From assembly GCA_002403075.1 (NCBI GenBank), contig DHHB01000007.1:2339-66338 (forward strand): a stretch of 64,000 nucleotides of DNA. Direction: 5' to 3'. The translations under genes and the position numbers were made by a program. Shown here piece after piece: positions 1-9,168 of this stretch (its first letter is position 1; every line of letters starts with the position of its first letter). A model generated the notes under the pieces. It saw only the letters and a program-made list of their open reading frames with translations. It was not told where the DNA came from and made no database searches. This DNA comes from a bacterium UBP1_UBA4783 (lineage in GTDB: Bacteria > Krumholzibacteriota > Krumholzibacteriia > Krumholzibacteriales > Krumholzibacteriaceae).

Positions 1-1
1 C

Positions 2-1327
2 AAGGAGATCAAGGACTCGGGACTGCGCGGTCGGGGCGGCGCCGGGTTTCCGACGGGGCTCAAGTGGTCGTTCGCCGCTTCCCAGCCGGCGGGGGTCAAG
101 TACGTCGTCTGCAACGCGGACGAGGGGGATCCCGGCGCCTTCATGGACCGCTCCGTGCTCGAGGGGGATCCGCACTCCGTCATCGAGGGGATGATCGTCT
201 GCGGCAGGGCGATCGGGGCCTCCTTCGGCTACATATACTGCCGCGCCGAGTACCCGATGGCGATCAAGCGGCTCACGATCGCGCTCGACGCGGCGCGGGA
301 GAAGGGCTACCTCGGGACGAACATACTCGGATCGGGGTTCGACTTCGACGTCAAGATCAAGCAGGGCGCCGGCGCCTTCGTCTGCGGCGAGGAAACGGCG
401 CTTTTCCAGTCGATCGAGGGCAAGCGCGGCATGCCGCGCATCCGCCCCCCTTTCCCCGCCGAGAAGGGCCTCTGGGCGAAACCGACGAACAACAACAACG
501 TCGAGACCTACGCCAACGTCCCGTGGATTCTCGTGAACGGCGCCGCCGCCTACGCGAAATACGGCACCGAGAAGAGCCGCGGCACCAAGGTCTTCGCCCT
601 CGCGGGCAAGGTCCGCAACGGCGGTCTCGCCGAGGTTCCGATGGGCATTCCCATCAACGATCTCGTCTTCAAGATCGGCGGCGGCATCAAGGAGGACCGC
701 GCGTTCAAGGCGGTGCAGATGGGCGGCCCGTCGGGCGGCTGCATCCCCGCCTCGCTCGGAACGACCTCGGTCGATTTCGAGTCGATCCCCGCGACCGGCG
801 CCATCATGGGCTCGGGCGGCATGGTCGTCATGGACGACCAGACCTGCATGGTCGAGATGGCTCGCTTCTTCCTCGACTTCACGCAGAACGAATCGTGCGG
901 CAAATGCACCTTCTGCCGCGTCGGCACGCTCCGCATGCTCGAGATCCTCACGCGGATCACGCAGGGCGAGGGGCGGCCGGAGGACGTGCCGAGCCTGCTC
1001 GAGCTCGGCGCCCAGATCAAGGACGCGAGCCTCTGCGGCCTCGGCCAGACGGCGCCGAATCCGGTGCTCACGACGATCAGGTATTTCGCCGACGAGTACG
1101 AAGCGCACATCACGCACAAACGCTGCCCCGCGGGGAGCTGCCTCGCGCTCGTCGATTTCATCATCGACCCGGAGAAGTGCACCGGGTGCACGGTCTGTGC
1201 GAAGCACTGCCCCGTGAACGCGATATCGGGCGAGCGCAAGAAAGCGCACGTCATCGACACGTCCGTGTGCGCGAAGTGCGGCAAATGCATCACGAGCTGC
1301 GCCTTCGGCGCTATCTATAAAAAGTGA
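2..1327 (+). CDS. NuoF-like NAD(H)/FMN flavoprotein subunit with a C-terminal 2x[4Fe-4S] ferredoxin tail (HndC/HydB/FdsB-type). The 5' end lies outside the window.
   Basis: The frame opens at nt 2 with KEIKDSGLRGRGGAGFPTGLKW, the NuoF FMN/NADH signature. A conserved 51-kDa-subunit core follows, including CGKCTFCRVGT (4Fe-4S). The C-terminus carries two CxxCxxCxxxCP ferredoxin motifs (CTGCTVCAKHCP, CAKCGKCITSC). The ATG at 143 is internal to the real gene. Confidence 0.85.
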   Translation, partial: KEIKDSGLRGRGGAGFPTGLKWSFAASQPAGVKYVVCNADEGDPGAFMDRSVLEGDPHSVIEGMIVCGRAIGASFGYIYCRAEYPMAIKRLTIALDAAREKGYLGTNILGSGFDFDVKIKQGAGAFVCGEETALFQSIEGKRGMPRIRPPFPAEKGLWAKPTNNNNVETYANVPWILVNGAAAYAKYGTEKSRGTKVFALAGKVRNGGLAEVPMGIPINDLVFKIGGGIKEDRAFKAVQMGGPSGGCIPASLGTTSVDFESIPATGAIMGSGGMVVMDDQTCMVEMARFFLDFTQNESCGKCTFCRVGTLRMLEILTRITQGEGRPEDVPSLLELGAQIKDASLCGLGQTAPNPVLTTIRYFADEYEAHITHKRCPAGSCLALVDFIIDPEKCTGCTVCAKHCPVNAISGERKKAHVIDTSVCAKCGKCITSCAFGAIYKK

Positions 1328-1338
1328 GGGAACACCGG

Positions 1339-4300
1339 ATGGATACCGTGAAGCTGAAAATCAACGGCGCGGAGATCGAGGCGTCCCCGGGAAAGACGAT
1401 CCTCGAGGTCGTCCGCGAGCGGGAGCTCGACGCCATACCGACGCTCTGCCACTCGCAGGAGCTCGAGCCCTACGCCTCGTGCTTCCTCTGCGTGGTCGAG
1501 ATCAAAGGACGGCCGAACCTCGTGCCCGCGTGCGCGACGCGGGTCGCGCCGGGCATGGAAGTGACGACGCGGAACGAGCGCATCATGCGCTCGCGGCGCA
1601 CCGCCCTCGAGCTCCTCGTGTCGAACCACTACGCCGACTGCGTCTCCCCCTGCATGGAGGGCTGCCCCGCGCACGTCGACGCGCAGGGGTACATCGCGTT
1701 CTCGGCGATGGGGCTCTACCGCAAGGCGGTCGATCTCATCCGCGAGACGAACCCGCTGCCGGCGATCTGCGGGCGCGTGTGCGTCCGCAAGTGCGAGGTC
1801 GTCTGCCGCCGCGCCGACGTCGATTCGGCGGTCGGCATCAACGCGATCAAGCGTTTCGTGACCGATCAGCCGGGGGTGTACGACGGTTCTCCCGTCTGCG
1901 AGCCCCCGACGGGGAAAAAGGTCGCGATCGTCGGCGCCGGGCCAGCGGGTCTCACCGCCGCCTGGTTCCTCGGGCGCGCGGGCCACAAGCCGGTCATGTA
2001 CGAAGCGATGCCGCGCTCGGGCGGCATGCTCCGCTACGGCATCCCCGTCTATCGCCTCCCGGACGACGTCCTCGACCGCGAAGTCGAGTACATCTGCCGG
2101 GCGGGGGGAGAAATAAAATACAACACGCGCGTCGGCAAGGACGTTTCGCTCGACGACCTCATGAAGTCGCACGACGCCGTCTTCCTCGGCCCGGGCGCGT
2201 GGGCGGGCAATCCGATGCGCGTCGAGGGAGAATTCGACACCAAGGGCGTCGTTCAGGGCGCGGACTTCCTCCCCGAGCAGACCGATCGCCGCACGCCGCT
2301 ATCGGGCACCGTCGTCGTCGTAGGCGGCGGCAACACGGCGATGGACGTCGCCCGCACATCCTGGCGTCTCGGCGCGGACAAGGTCATCATCCTCTATCGC
2401 CGCACCAAGGACGAGATGCCCGCCGACAAGATGGAGATCGAGGATTGCCTCCACGAGGGGATAGAGCTCATGGAGCTCGCGGCGCCGATCGGCATCGTCC
2501 GGGACGAGGCGGGCGCGCTCAAGGCGCTCCGCTGCCAGCGGATGAAGCTCGGCGAGCCCGACAGCTCGGGGCGCCGCCGCCCCGTTCCGCTCGAGGGATC
2601 CGAGTTCGATCTCCCCTGCCAGATGGCCGTCTCGGCGATCGGGCAGGCGACCGATCTCGCCGGCCTCACGAAGGCGGGCGGCGCGCCGGTGGGTCTCACG
2701 AAATGGAACACGTTCGTCATCGATCCCGAGACGCTCGCGACGAACGTGAAGGGCGTGTTCGCCGGCGGCGACGCGGCCGACGACGGACCGACGGTCGTCA
2801 TCGACGCGATCGCGGACGGCCAACGGGCCGCCCGGGCCGTCGACGCGTACCTGCGGCGCGCCTCGGCCGCGCCGCGTCCGTTCATCGTGAAGAAGGAGTT
2901 TTGGAGCAAGCCCGGCACGGCCGAGCTCGGCGAGATCAAGGAGAGCCCCCGCCACGAGGTTCACCAGATCGACGTCGAATCGCGCCGCGGCAGCTTCGTC
3001 GAGGTCGCGACCGGATTCGAGTTCGAGGACAACGTCCACGAGTGCGACCGCTGCCTCTCGTGCGGCTGCCTGCGTTTCGACACGTGCCTGCTCCGCATCT
3101 ACGCGGAGGAGCACGGCATCGACATGTCCCGCTTCAAGGGAACCGTCCGCAAGCACAAGGTGGACGAGCGGCATCCGTACATCGTCTACGACCCGAACAA
3201 GTGCATCCTCTGCGCGCGCTGCATCCGCACGTGCGCCCGCGTGCTCCCCATCTCGGCGCTCGGGCTCGTGGGCCGCGGCTTCCGGACCGAGATGCGGCCG
3301 GCGTTGAACGATCCGCTCGTCGAGACGAGCTGCGTCTCCTGCGGCAACTGCGTCGACTCCTGCCCGACGGGAGCGCTCACGATCAAGTACCCGTTCCCGG
3401 GGCGGTCCTGCCTCGACACCGACGACGTGTCCACGCACTGCGCTCTCTGCTCGCTCGCGTGCGCGACGACGGTGAAGAGCTTCGGCCCGGGCCGCTGGTA
3501 CGTCGCGCCCTCGGGCGTCCCCGGTGATTATCTCTGCCGCTACGGGCGGTTCGGAAACGAGCTCTTCATCAAGCGGCGCAGAATCGCCGCGCCGGAGATC
3601 CGCCGCGGAAGCGAGATTCAGACCGGCGATCTCTGCGAGGCCGAGAAGCTCGTCGCGCACGGGCTGCGCGGCGTCGTCGAGCGGCACGGCGCGGGAAAGG
3701 TCGCCGTGTTCGTCTCCCCCGAGCTCACGAACGAAGAGCTGTACCTCGCCTCCCGCATCGCGCGCGAGGGCCTCGGCACGAACAACGTCGCATCCCTCTC
3801 GATCCTCGGAACCGGCGCCGAGGCGGGCGTCCTCGACGAGTCGTTCGGTTTTACCGCGTCGACGGCCGACCGAGGGGCGATCGACCACGCCGACCTCGTT
3901 ATCTGCAACAACACCGCTCTCGAGTCGGACCACCTGATCCTCGCCGTCAAGGTCATCGAAGCCGTGCGGAAGGGCGCGAAGCTCGTCGTCTCGAACTCGA
4001 CCCTCGACGCGACCGACGAGGTCCTTTCGACGATCTCGCTCGATCCGATGCGGGGACGGGCCGCGATCCTGTGGAACGGCGTGATGCAGGTGCTCCTCGA
4101 CGAAGGATGGATCAAGAGCGCCGCGGTGAAGAAAATCGCCGGGGCGAAGGAATTCCTCAAGAGCCGCGACTTCTCCCTCGAACGAGTCGCGGCGCTCACG
4201 GGCGTCGCCGCGGACAAGATCCGCGAGACCGCCGCTCTCGTGAGGGACGCGCGCAGGATCGTCGTCATCCACAGTCCGGACCGCGTTCAGGACCAGGCGC

Positions 4301-5028
4301 CCGGCGACGTGGAGACGTTCGCGAACCTCGCGATTCTGCTGCGCGCCGGCGGACGCGAGGCGGATATCCTTCTGCCGAGGCTCCACGCGAACAGCGCCGC
4401 GCTCGAGCTCATGGGCGCCGATCCGGCCTTCGGACCGGGCCGCGTGCCCCATCCCCCGGGAGTCGCGGGCGCGCGGAGCCGCGAGGAGCTGCGGACGCTC
4501 CTCGCCGCCGGCGAGATCAAGGGCGCCCTCATCGTCGGAGAGGATCCGATGGCGTGGGGGACGACCGGAGAATGGTTCCGGAACGTGGAGTTCCTCGCCG
4601 CGATGGACTGGACGAGCACCGAGACGACGCAGTACGCGGACGTCGTGCTGCCGGGCTCGACGTTCCTCGAAACGCCCGGAACGCGGTGCAATTTCGAAGG
4701 CGCGCTCGTCGAGTTCGCGCAGGCGATGGCGCCGCCCGCCGGGGCGTCGGGACGGGAGATCCTCGCGGGGCTCGCCGCGGAGCTCGATCTTCCCTCTCCC
4801 GACGACGGGCGCGAGGCGATCGAAACGATCGTGAGGGAGAGGCTCGGCGATCTCGTGCGATTCTACTGGAACACCGGCGAGGAGCGGATCTTCCCCGCGA
4901 AAGTGCGCCTCGTTCCGACGGGCGCCGTCGCGGAGACGGGATCGATCATGCCGCCGCTCACGCACGGCGGGAACTACAAGCGCGAGATCAGGGAAGTCGG
5001 CACCGGGCGGTTCCGCGTGAGACGGTAG
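1339..5028 (+). CDS. NuoG/FdhA-like Fe-S subunit with an N-terminal 2Fe-2S ferredoxin and an inserted GltD-like NAD(P)H:FAD oxidoreductase domain. The molybdopterin-oxidoreductase-fold C-terminus is probably cofactor-less.
   Basis: The ATG at 1339 is preceded by GAGGGA and overlaps the upstream stop. The N-terminus is a 2Fe-2S fold with the NuoG-type His/Cys 4Fe-4S motif (CHSQELEPYASCFLC; HYADCVSPCMEGCPAHVD). Residues roughly 190-500 carry VAIVGAGPAGLTAAWFL and GGGNTAMDVART, which are GltD/pyridine-nucleotide disulfide reductase dinucleotide folds. After that come 2x4Fe-4S (CILCARCIRTC, CVSCGNCVDSCP), the MopB N-terminal motif HCALCSLACATT and a roughly 540-aa MopB-like region. Confidence 0.7.
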   Translation: MDTVKLKINGAEIEASPGKTILEVVRERELDAIPTLCHSQELEPYASCFLCVVEIKGRPNLVPACATRVAPGMEVTTRNERIMRSRRTALELLVSNHYADCVSPCMEGCPAHVDAQGYIAFSAMGLYRKAVDLIRETNPLPAICGRVCVRKCEVVCRRADVDSAVGINAIKRFVTDQPGVYDGSPVCEPPTGKKVAIVGAGPAGLTAAWFLGRAGHKPVMYEAMPRSGGMLRYGIPVYRLPDDVLDREVEYICRAGGEIKYNTRVGKDVSLDDLMKSHDAVFLGPGAWAGNPMRVEGEFDTKGVVQGADFLPEQTDRRTPLSGTVVVVGGGNTAMDVARTSWRLGADKVIILYRRTKDEMPADKMEIEDCLHEGIELMELAAPIGIVRDEAGALKALRCQRMKLGEPDSSGRRRPVPLEGSEFDLPCQMAVSAIGQATDLAGLTKAGGAPVGLTKWNTFVIDPETLATNVKGVFAGGDAADDGPTVVIDAIADGQRAARAVDAYLRRASAAPRPFIVKKEFWSKPGTAELGEIKESPRHEVHQIDVESRRGSFVEVATGFEFEDNVHECDRCLSCGCLRFDTCLLRIYAEEHGIDMSRFKGTVRKHKVDERHPYIVYDPNKCILCARCIRTCARVLPISALGLVGRGFRTEMRPALNDPLVETSCVSCGNCVDSCPTGALTIKYPFPGRSCLDTDDVSTHCALCSLACATTVKSFGPGRWYVAPSGVPGDYLCRYGRFGNELFIKRRRIAAPEIRRGSEIQTGDLCEAEKLVAHGLRGVVERHGAGKVAVFVSPELTNEELYLASRIAREGLGTNNVASLSILGTGAEAGVLDESFGFTASTADRGAIDHADLVICNNTALESDHLILAVKVIEAVRKGAKLVVSNSTLDATDEVLSTISLDPMRGRAAILWNGVMQVLLDEGWIKSAAVKKIAGAKEFLKSRDFSLERVAALTGVAADKIRETAALVRDARRIVVIHSPDRVQDQAPGDVETFANLAILLRAGGREADILLPRLHANSAALELMGADPAFGPGRVPHPPGVAGARSREELRTLLAAGEIKGALIVGEDPMAWGTTGEWFRNVEFLAAMDWTSTETTQYADVVLPGSTFLETPGTRCNFEGALVEFAQAMAPPAGASGREILAGLAAELDLPSPDDGREAIETIVRERLGDLVRFYWNTGEERIFPAKVRLVPTGAVAETGSIMPPLTHGGNYKREIREVGTGRFRVRR

Positions 5029-5050
5029 CCTCTCCGGTGGAGGAGCCCGC

Positions 5051-7093
5051 ATGATCAGGCTCGACGATCTCTACTCCTTCATGGAGAGCAGCTTCGACTA
5101 CCTCCTCGTGGCCGGCGAGGACGAACAGATCGTCCACGTGAGCGCGATCCTCGCCCGGGACAGCCTCGGCGGAGAGGCGTCTTTCGCAGGCAGGAAACTC
5201 GACGGCATCCTCGCGGCCGACTCGCTCGCCACCTTCCACTCGGCGATGGCGCAGGCGCGCGCCGGGAACCGCGCGATCGCCGTCCTCTCGGCGGCCAGGG
5301 GAGACGCGCGGCCCGTGCCGCTCAAGGCGGGATACGGCAAGACCGACTCCGGCGGCATCTTCGTCTTCTTCGGAAACAAGCTGAACGCCCTGCGAAGCCA
5401 CAAGGAATGGGAGAGGACCGAGCGCGTCAAGGAGCTCACCTGCCTCTACGACGTCGCCGAATGGATCGAAGTCTCGGAGTCGATCAGCGAATTCTTCTCG
5501 GAGCTCCCCCGCTACCTCGCCCCCGGCATGCTGTATCCCGACGAGGCCGTCGTCTACTCCGTCTATCAGGGGATCGAGTACGGACAGAAACCGTCGTCGA
5601 ACAACTACCTGTCGGTGCATCTCGTGATCGGAGATCGGGACAAGGGCGAGATCCGCGTCGGCTACCACGACGAGGAACGCAAACTCCTGCCCGAGGAGCA
5701 GCGCATGCTCGACGAGATCGCGCGCATGCTCAACCTCGCCCTCGACCGGAAGGAGCTCAAGGAAAACCTCGTCTCGAAACAGCGCGAGGAGGCCGAATTC
5801 AAGAAGCACCTCGAGGCGCTCGAACGCGAGATCGCCGAGCGGACGAGGCAGGTCGAGGAGCAGAAACAGAAGCTCCAGGTCGTCAATTCATACCTCGACC
5901 GCGTCAAGGGCGGATGGGAGGAATCGCGCGCGACGCTCGAAACGATGTTCAAGGCCATTCCGGACGACGTCGTGCTCATCGATCCGCACCGCACCGTCGT
6001 CATGACGAACCGCGACGACGTGCAGCCGGGGACCTACTGCTACCACAGCTTTTTCGGCCGCGAACGGCCGTGCGAGGACTGCCGGCTCGCCCGCATCATG
6101 CGCGACAAGTCCCCCGTCACCCTCACGATGAAGCACGACAACAAGTTCCTCGAGGTCCACGCCCTCCCCGTCTACAACAAGGACCACGAGGTCGACGGGA
6201 TCATGGAGTTCTACCGGGACGTCACGCTCGAAAAAACGTACGAGCAGCAGCTCCAGCAGGCCGACAAGCTCGCCTCGCTCGGGCAGCTCGTGAGCGGCAT
6301 CGGCCACGAGATCAACAACCCGAATCAGTTCATCCGCGGCAACGTCAAGATCCTCAAGCAGGCGCTCGAGGACATGCTTCCCATCATCGACGAATATCAA
6401 AGGGCGCACCCCGATCTCAAGGTCGCGAAGCTCAATTACGATTTCTTCCGCAAGCACATCATGACGCTCATCGACGACATGGACCGCGGATCGACGCGGA
6501 TCAAGGGGATCGTCGAGGGGCTGCGCACCTTCGCGCGCAAGGACGAGGGGCTCCTCGTCGACACGATCGAGATGAACACGCTCATCGAAGCCGGCGCGCG
6601 CCTCGTCCAGAACGAGGTGCACAAGCACGCCGACATCGCGCTCGAGCTCGCCGAAGGCCTCCCCGCGTTCACCGGCAACGCCCAGAAGATCGAGCAGGTG
6701 CTCGTGAACCTTCTCGTGAACGCCGGGCAAGCGATGCGCGACGACGTCCGCGGTCTCATCACCGTGCGGACGCGGGCCGAGGACGGCGACGTCGTCTTCG
6801 AGGTCGAGGACAACGGCGTCGGCATGAACGAGAAGACGGTCAAGCAGATATTCGACCCGTTTTTCACGACGAAGCGCGCAAAGGGGGGCACGGGGCTCGG
6901 ACTCGCGATCGTCTACCGCATCGTCGAGGAGCACGGGGGCGCGATATCGGTAAAGAGCAAGCAGGGCGCCGGCACGATCTTCGTCGCGAGATTCCCCGCG
7001 AAGGGGGCGGCGCGGCAGGGAGCTTCGATGCCGGCGAAACCGGCGGCGCAGCCCGACGCGGGATCGCAGCCGCCGGCGAAAGGATCGTCATGA
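5051..7093 (+). CDS. Cytoplasmic sensor histidine kinase with PAS-like input domains, one carrying a Cys cluster.
   Basis: It has no TM segments. There is a coiled-coil linker, a PAS-like region with YCYHSFFGRERPCEDCRL, an H-box QADKLASLGQLVSGIGHEINNP, and an HATPase_c region (DNGVGMNEKT...GGTGLGLAIV). The RBS GGTGGAGGAG lies upstream. Confidence 0.85.
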   Translation: MIRLDDLYSFMESSFDYLLVAGEDEQIVHVSAILARDSLGGEASFAGRKLDGILAADSLATFHSAMAQARAGNRAIAVLSAARGDARPVPLKAGYGKTDSGGIFVFFGNKLNALRSHKEWERTERVKELTCLYDVAEWIEVSESISEFFSELPRYLAPGMLYPDEAVVYSVYQGIEYGQKPSSNNYLSVHLVIGDRDKGEIRVGYHDEERKLLPEEQRMLDEIARMLNLALDRKELKENLVSKQREEAEFKKHLEALEREIAERTRQVEEQKQKLQVVNSYLDRVKGGWEESRATLETMFKAIPDDVVLIDPHRTVVMTNRDDVQPGTYCYHSFFGRERPCEDCRLARIMRDKSPVTLTMKHDNKFLEVHALPVYNKDHEVDGIMEFYRDVTLEKTYEQQLQQADKLASLGQLVSGIGHEINNPNQFIRGNVKILKQALEDMLPIIDEYQRAHPDLKVAKLNYDFFRKHIMTLIDDMDRGSTRIKGIVEGLRTFARKDEGLLVDTIEMNTLIEAGARLVQNEVHKHADIALELAEGLPAFTGNAQKIEQVLVNLLVNAGQAMRDDVRGLITVRTRAEDGDVVFEVEDNGVGMNEKTVKQIFDPFFTTKRAKGGTGLGLAIVYRIVEEHGGAISVKSKQGAGTIFVARFPAKGAARQGASMPAKPAAQPDAGSQPPAKGSS

Positions 7094-8451
7094 GAAAGGT
7101 CCTCATCGTCGACGACGACGTCGCCGTGACGAACTACTTCATGGTGTTTCTCATGCAGACGGACCTCTTCGAGCCGACCGTCGTGAACGACTCGCGCGAG
7201 GTCGAGGCCGTCCTCGCCCGCGAAACGTTCGACGCCGTCATGCTCGACATGGACATGCCGAACGTGAGCGGCATGGACATCCTGCGCTCGATGCGGACGA
7301 AAGGCGATACGACGCCCGTCGTAGTCCTCACCGGCGTGAGCGACGTCGACCTCGCGGTGCGCGCGATGAAGCTCGGCGCCTTCGACTATCTCACGAAACC
7401 TGTCGACGACCAGAACCTGCTCGAAGTGCTCGAAAACGCCATCGAAACCCGCGCGCTCCACGAAACGATCGATCATCTCCCGACCGATCTGACGCGGCAG
7501 GACCTCGCCCACGAGGCGGCCTTCACCCATCTGCCGACGCGGGAGGACGGCATGATCCGGCTTTTTCATCAGGCCGAGAAGCTCGCGGCCTCCGACGTGA
7601 GCATCTTCATCTGGGGGGAGAGCGGGAGCGGCAAGGAGATGCTCGCCCGGGCGATTCACGCGGCGAGCCCTCGGCGCGACGGGCCCTTCGTGGTCGTAGA
7701 AGCCGACAGCCGCGATCCGGAGGAGTTCCCCGTTTTCTTTTTCGGGCAGGCGCGGGACTGGAGCGGCGCCCGGGAGGAGTCTCCGGGGCTCCTCGAGCGC
7801 GCGGACAACGGCACCCTCTTTCTGAACCACATCGACGCCCTGACGCTCCCCGTGCAGGTCCGGCTGAAGCGCCTGCTTCAGAACGGCGAGTACTACCGCG
7901 AGAGCTCGACCGCCATCCGCACGGCGAACGTCAGGACGATCGTTTCGAGCATGCACGATCTCACGCGTCCCGAATACGCGGGGCGCTTTTCGCGGGACCT
8001 CCTCTACCACCTCATGATCAACTCGATCCGCATCCCGCCGCTGCGGGAGCGGCGCCGCGACATTCCGCTGCTGGCGGAGCTCTTTCTCAAGGAAGAATCG
8101 GAACGGGCCGGCAAGACGATCGAGGGGTTCTCGCCCGAGTGCATGGAGCTCCTCGAAAGGTACAGCTACCCCGACAACGTGCAGGAGCTCGTCACGATCG
8201 TCGCGGGAGCGGTCGCGAACGCCGACGGAGACGCGATCACGGTGGATTCGCTCCCCGCCTACATCCGGGACCGGATCGAACGGGGCGGCGCGGCGGCCTT
8301 CACGCCGAGGCGGCTCGACGAGGTCGTCCGGGAGCACGTGCGCGACACGCTCGCCCACTTCGGCCGGCAGCGCGAGGAGGCGGCGAAAGTGCTCGGGATC
8401 ACTCCCGCGGAGATGGACCGGATTATAGCCGAGGACCTTGCGGAGGAGTGA
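7090..8451 (+). CDS. NtrC-architecture response regulator (REC, AAA+, Fis-type HTH) with degenerate sigma54-contact and Walker B motifs.
   Basis: An ATGA overlap with the kinase stop indicates translational coupling. The REC domain is present (LIVDDD...D...GAFDYLTKP) and Walker A is GESGSGKE. The position normally occupied by ESELFGHEKGAFTGA reads FFFGQARDWSGAREE. Walker B reads GTLFLNHIDAL, where DE has been replaced by NH. The C-terminal HTH is AAKVLGITPAEMDRII. Confidence 0.85.
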   Translation: MRKVLIVDDDVAVTNYFMVFLMQTDLFEPTVVNDSREVEAVLARETFDAVMLDMDMPNVSGMDILRSMRTKGDTTPVVVLTGVSDVDLAVRAMKLGAFDYLTKPVDDQNLLEVLENAIETRALHETIDHLPTDLTRQDLAHEAAFTHLPTREDGMIRLFHQAEKLAASDVSIFIWGESGSGKEMLARAIHAASPRRDGPFVVVEADSRDPEEFPVFFFGQARDWSGAREESPGLLERADNGTLFLNHIDALTLPVQVRLKRLLQNGEYYRESSTAIRTANVRTIVSSMHDLTRPEYAGRFSRDLLYHLMINSIRIPPLRERRRDIPLLAELFLKEESERAGKTIEGFSPECMELLERYSYPDNVQELVTIVAGAVANADGDAITVDSLPAYIRDRIERGGAAAFTPRRLDEVVREHVRDTLAHFGRQREEAAKVLGITPAEMDRIIAEDLAEE

Positions 8452-9118
8452 GGATGATGCGCGCGTCGGCGGCGGCCGCGCGGCGCGACGAGCAGATCAC
8501 CGGATTGAGATCGATCGATTCGACCTCCCCGCCGATCGCCATCACGAGATCCGAAAAACCGAGCACGAGCTTCTCGATCGCCTCGCGGCTCGCCGGCTCC
8601 TTGCCGCGAAATCCCTCGAGGAGAGGACGCCCCCGGAGGCACCGGAGCATGGACTCGACGTCGCGCGGGGAAACGGGCGCCATGCGAATCGCCACGTCCC
8701 GGTAGATCTCGACTCCGACGCCGCCGATGCCGAGGAGGATCACGAGGCCGAACTGCGCGTCGTTCTTGGCGCCGACGATGAGCTCGACGCCCGCGAGCGT
8801 CTCGTCGACGACGACCCCCTGAAACGCGTCGATCCGGGAGAGACGTTCGAACGCCGCTCTGAGATCCCGCTCGGTCCCGACGCCCGTCACGACGCCGCCG
8901 ACCTCGGTCTTGTGTACGACGCGCGGCGAGACCACCTTCACGACGACGGGGTACCCGATCTCGGCCGCGGCCGCCGCGGCCTGATCGGCGTTGCCGGCCC
9001 ACGCGAATCGCGGCACGTCCACGCCCGCGAGCGCGAGAATGCGCTTCGCGTCGGGCTCGAGCACCCAGCCGGTCTCGCGCGAATCTTCGACGATCTCGAG
9101 AATGGTCGCGGTATCCAC
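8423..9118 (-). CDS. ADP-forming acyl-CoA (acetyl-CoA) synthetase beta subunit (ATP-grasp domain).
   Basis: The recognisable ATP-grasp sequence (ILALAGVDVPRF..., YPVVVKVVSPRVVHKTEVGGV, ESIDLNPV) occupies the last roughly 230 codons of ORF 8423..10540. Everything upstream in that frame is the alpha gene read out of frame. A GTG at 9118 is the first plausible start, so the start is uncertain. The 3' end overlaps the convergent regulator gene by 29 nt. Confidence 0.55.
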   Translation of the reverse strand: MDTATILEIVEDSRETGWVLEPDAKRILALAGVDVPRFAWAGNADQAAAAAAEIGYPVVVKVVSPRVVHKTEVGGVVTGVGTERDLRAAFERLSRIDAFQGVVVDETLAGVELIVGAKNDAQFGLVILLGIGGVGVEIYRDVAIRMAPVSPRDVESMLRCLRGRPLLEGFRGKEPASREAIEKLVLGFSDLVMAIGGEVESIDLNPVICSSRRAAAADARIILTPPQGPRL

Positions 9119-9168
9119 GTCGTTCCCCCCGTTCGCGTCCGCGCGCGGCGCCGGCGCGCGGCGGCTGT

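Noticed and set aside
1339-5028. Selenocysteine recoding in the FdhA-like domain.
   Set aside because: The reading frame is continuous with no in-frame TGA, so no Sec is needed. The domain looks like a cofactor-less NuoG-type fold.
2299-5052. 917-aa minus-strand ORF, together with ORFs 1479..3527, 550..1293, 64..1320 and 4071..5054, all overlapping the NuoF/NuoG-like genes.
   Set aside because: These are Arg/Pro/Gly-rich low-complexity translations with no motifs. They are typical alternative-frame ORFs in high-GC DNA. The real genes, with conserved Fe-S and flavin motifs, occupy the other frames.
5407-7089. The upstream two-thirds of ORF 5407..8451, N-terminal to the regulator.
   Set aside because: Only the part from ATG 7090 (ATGA overlap with the kinase stop, REC-domain N-terminus) is a real gene. 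The upstream portion is the kinase gene read out of frame.
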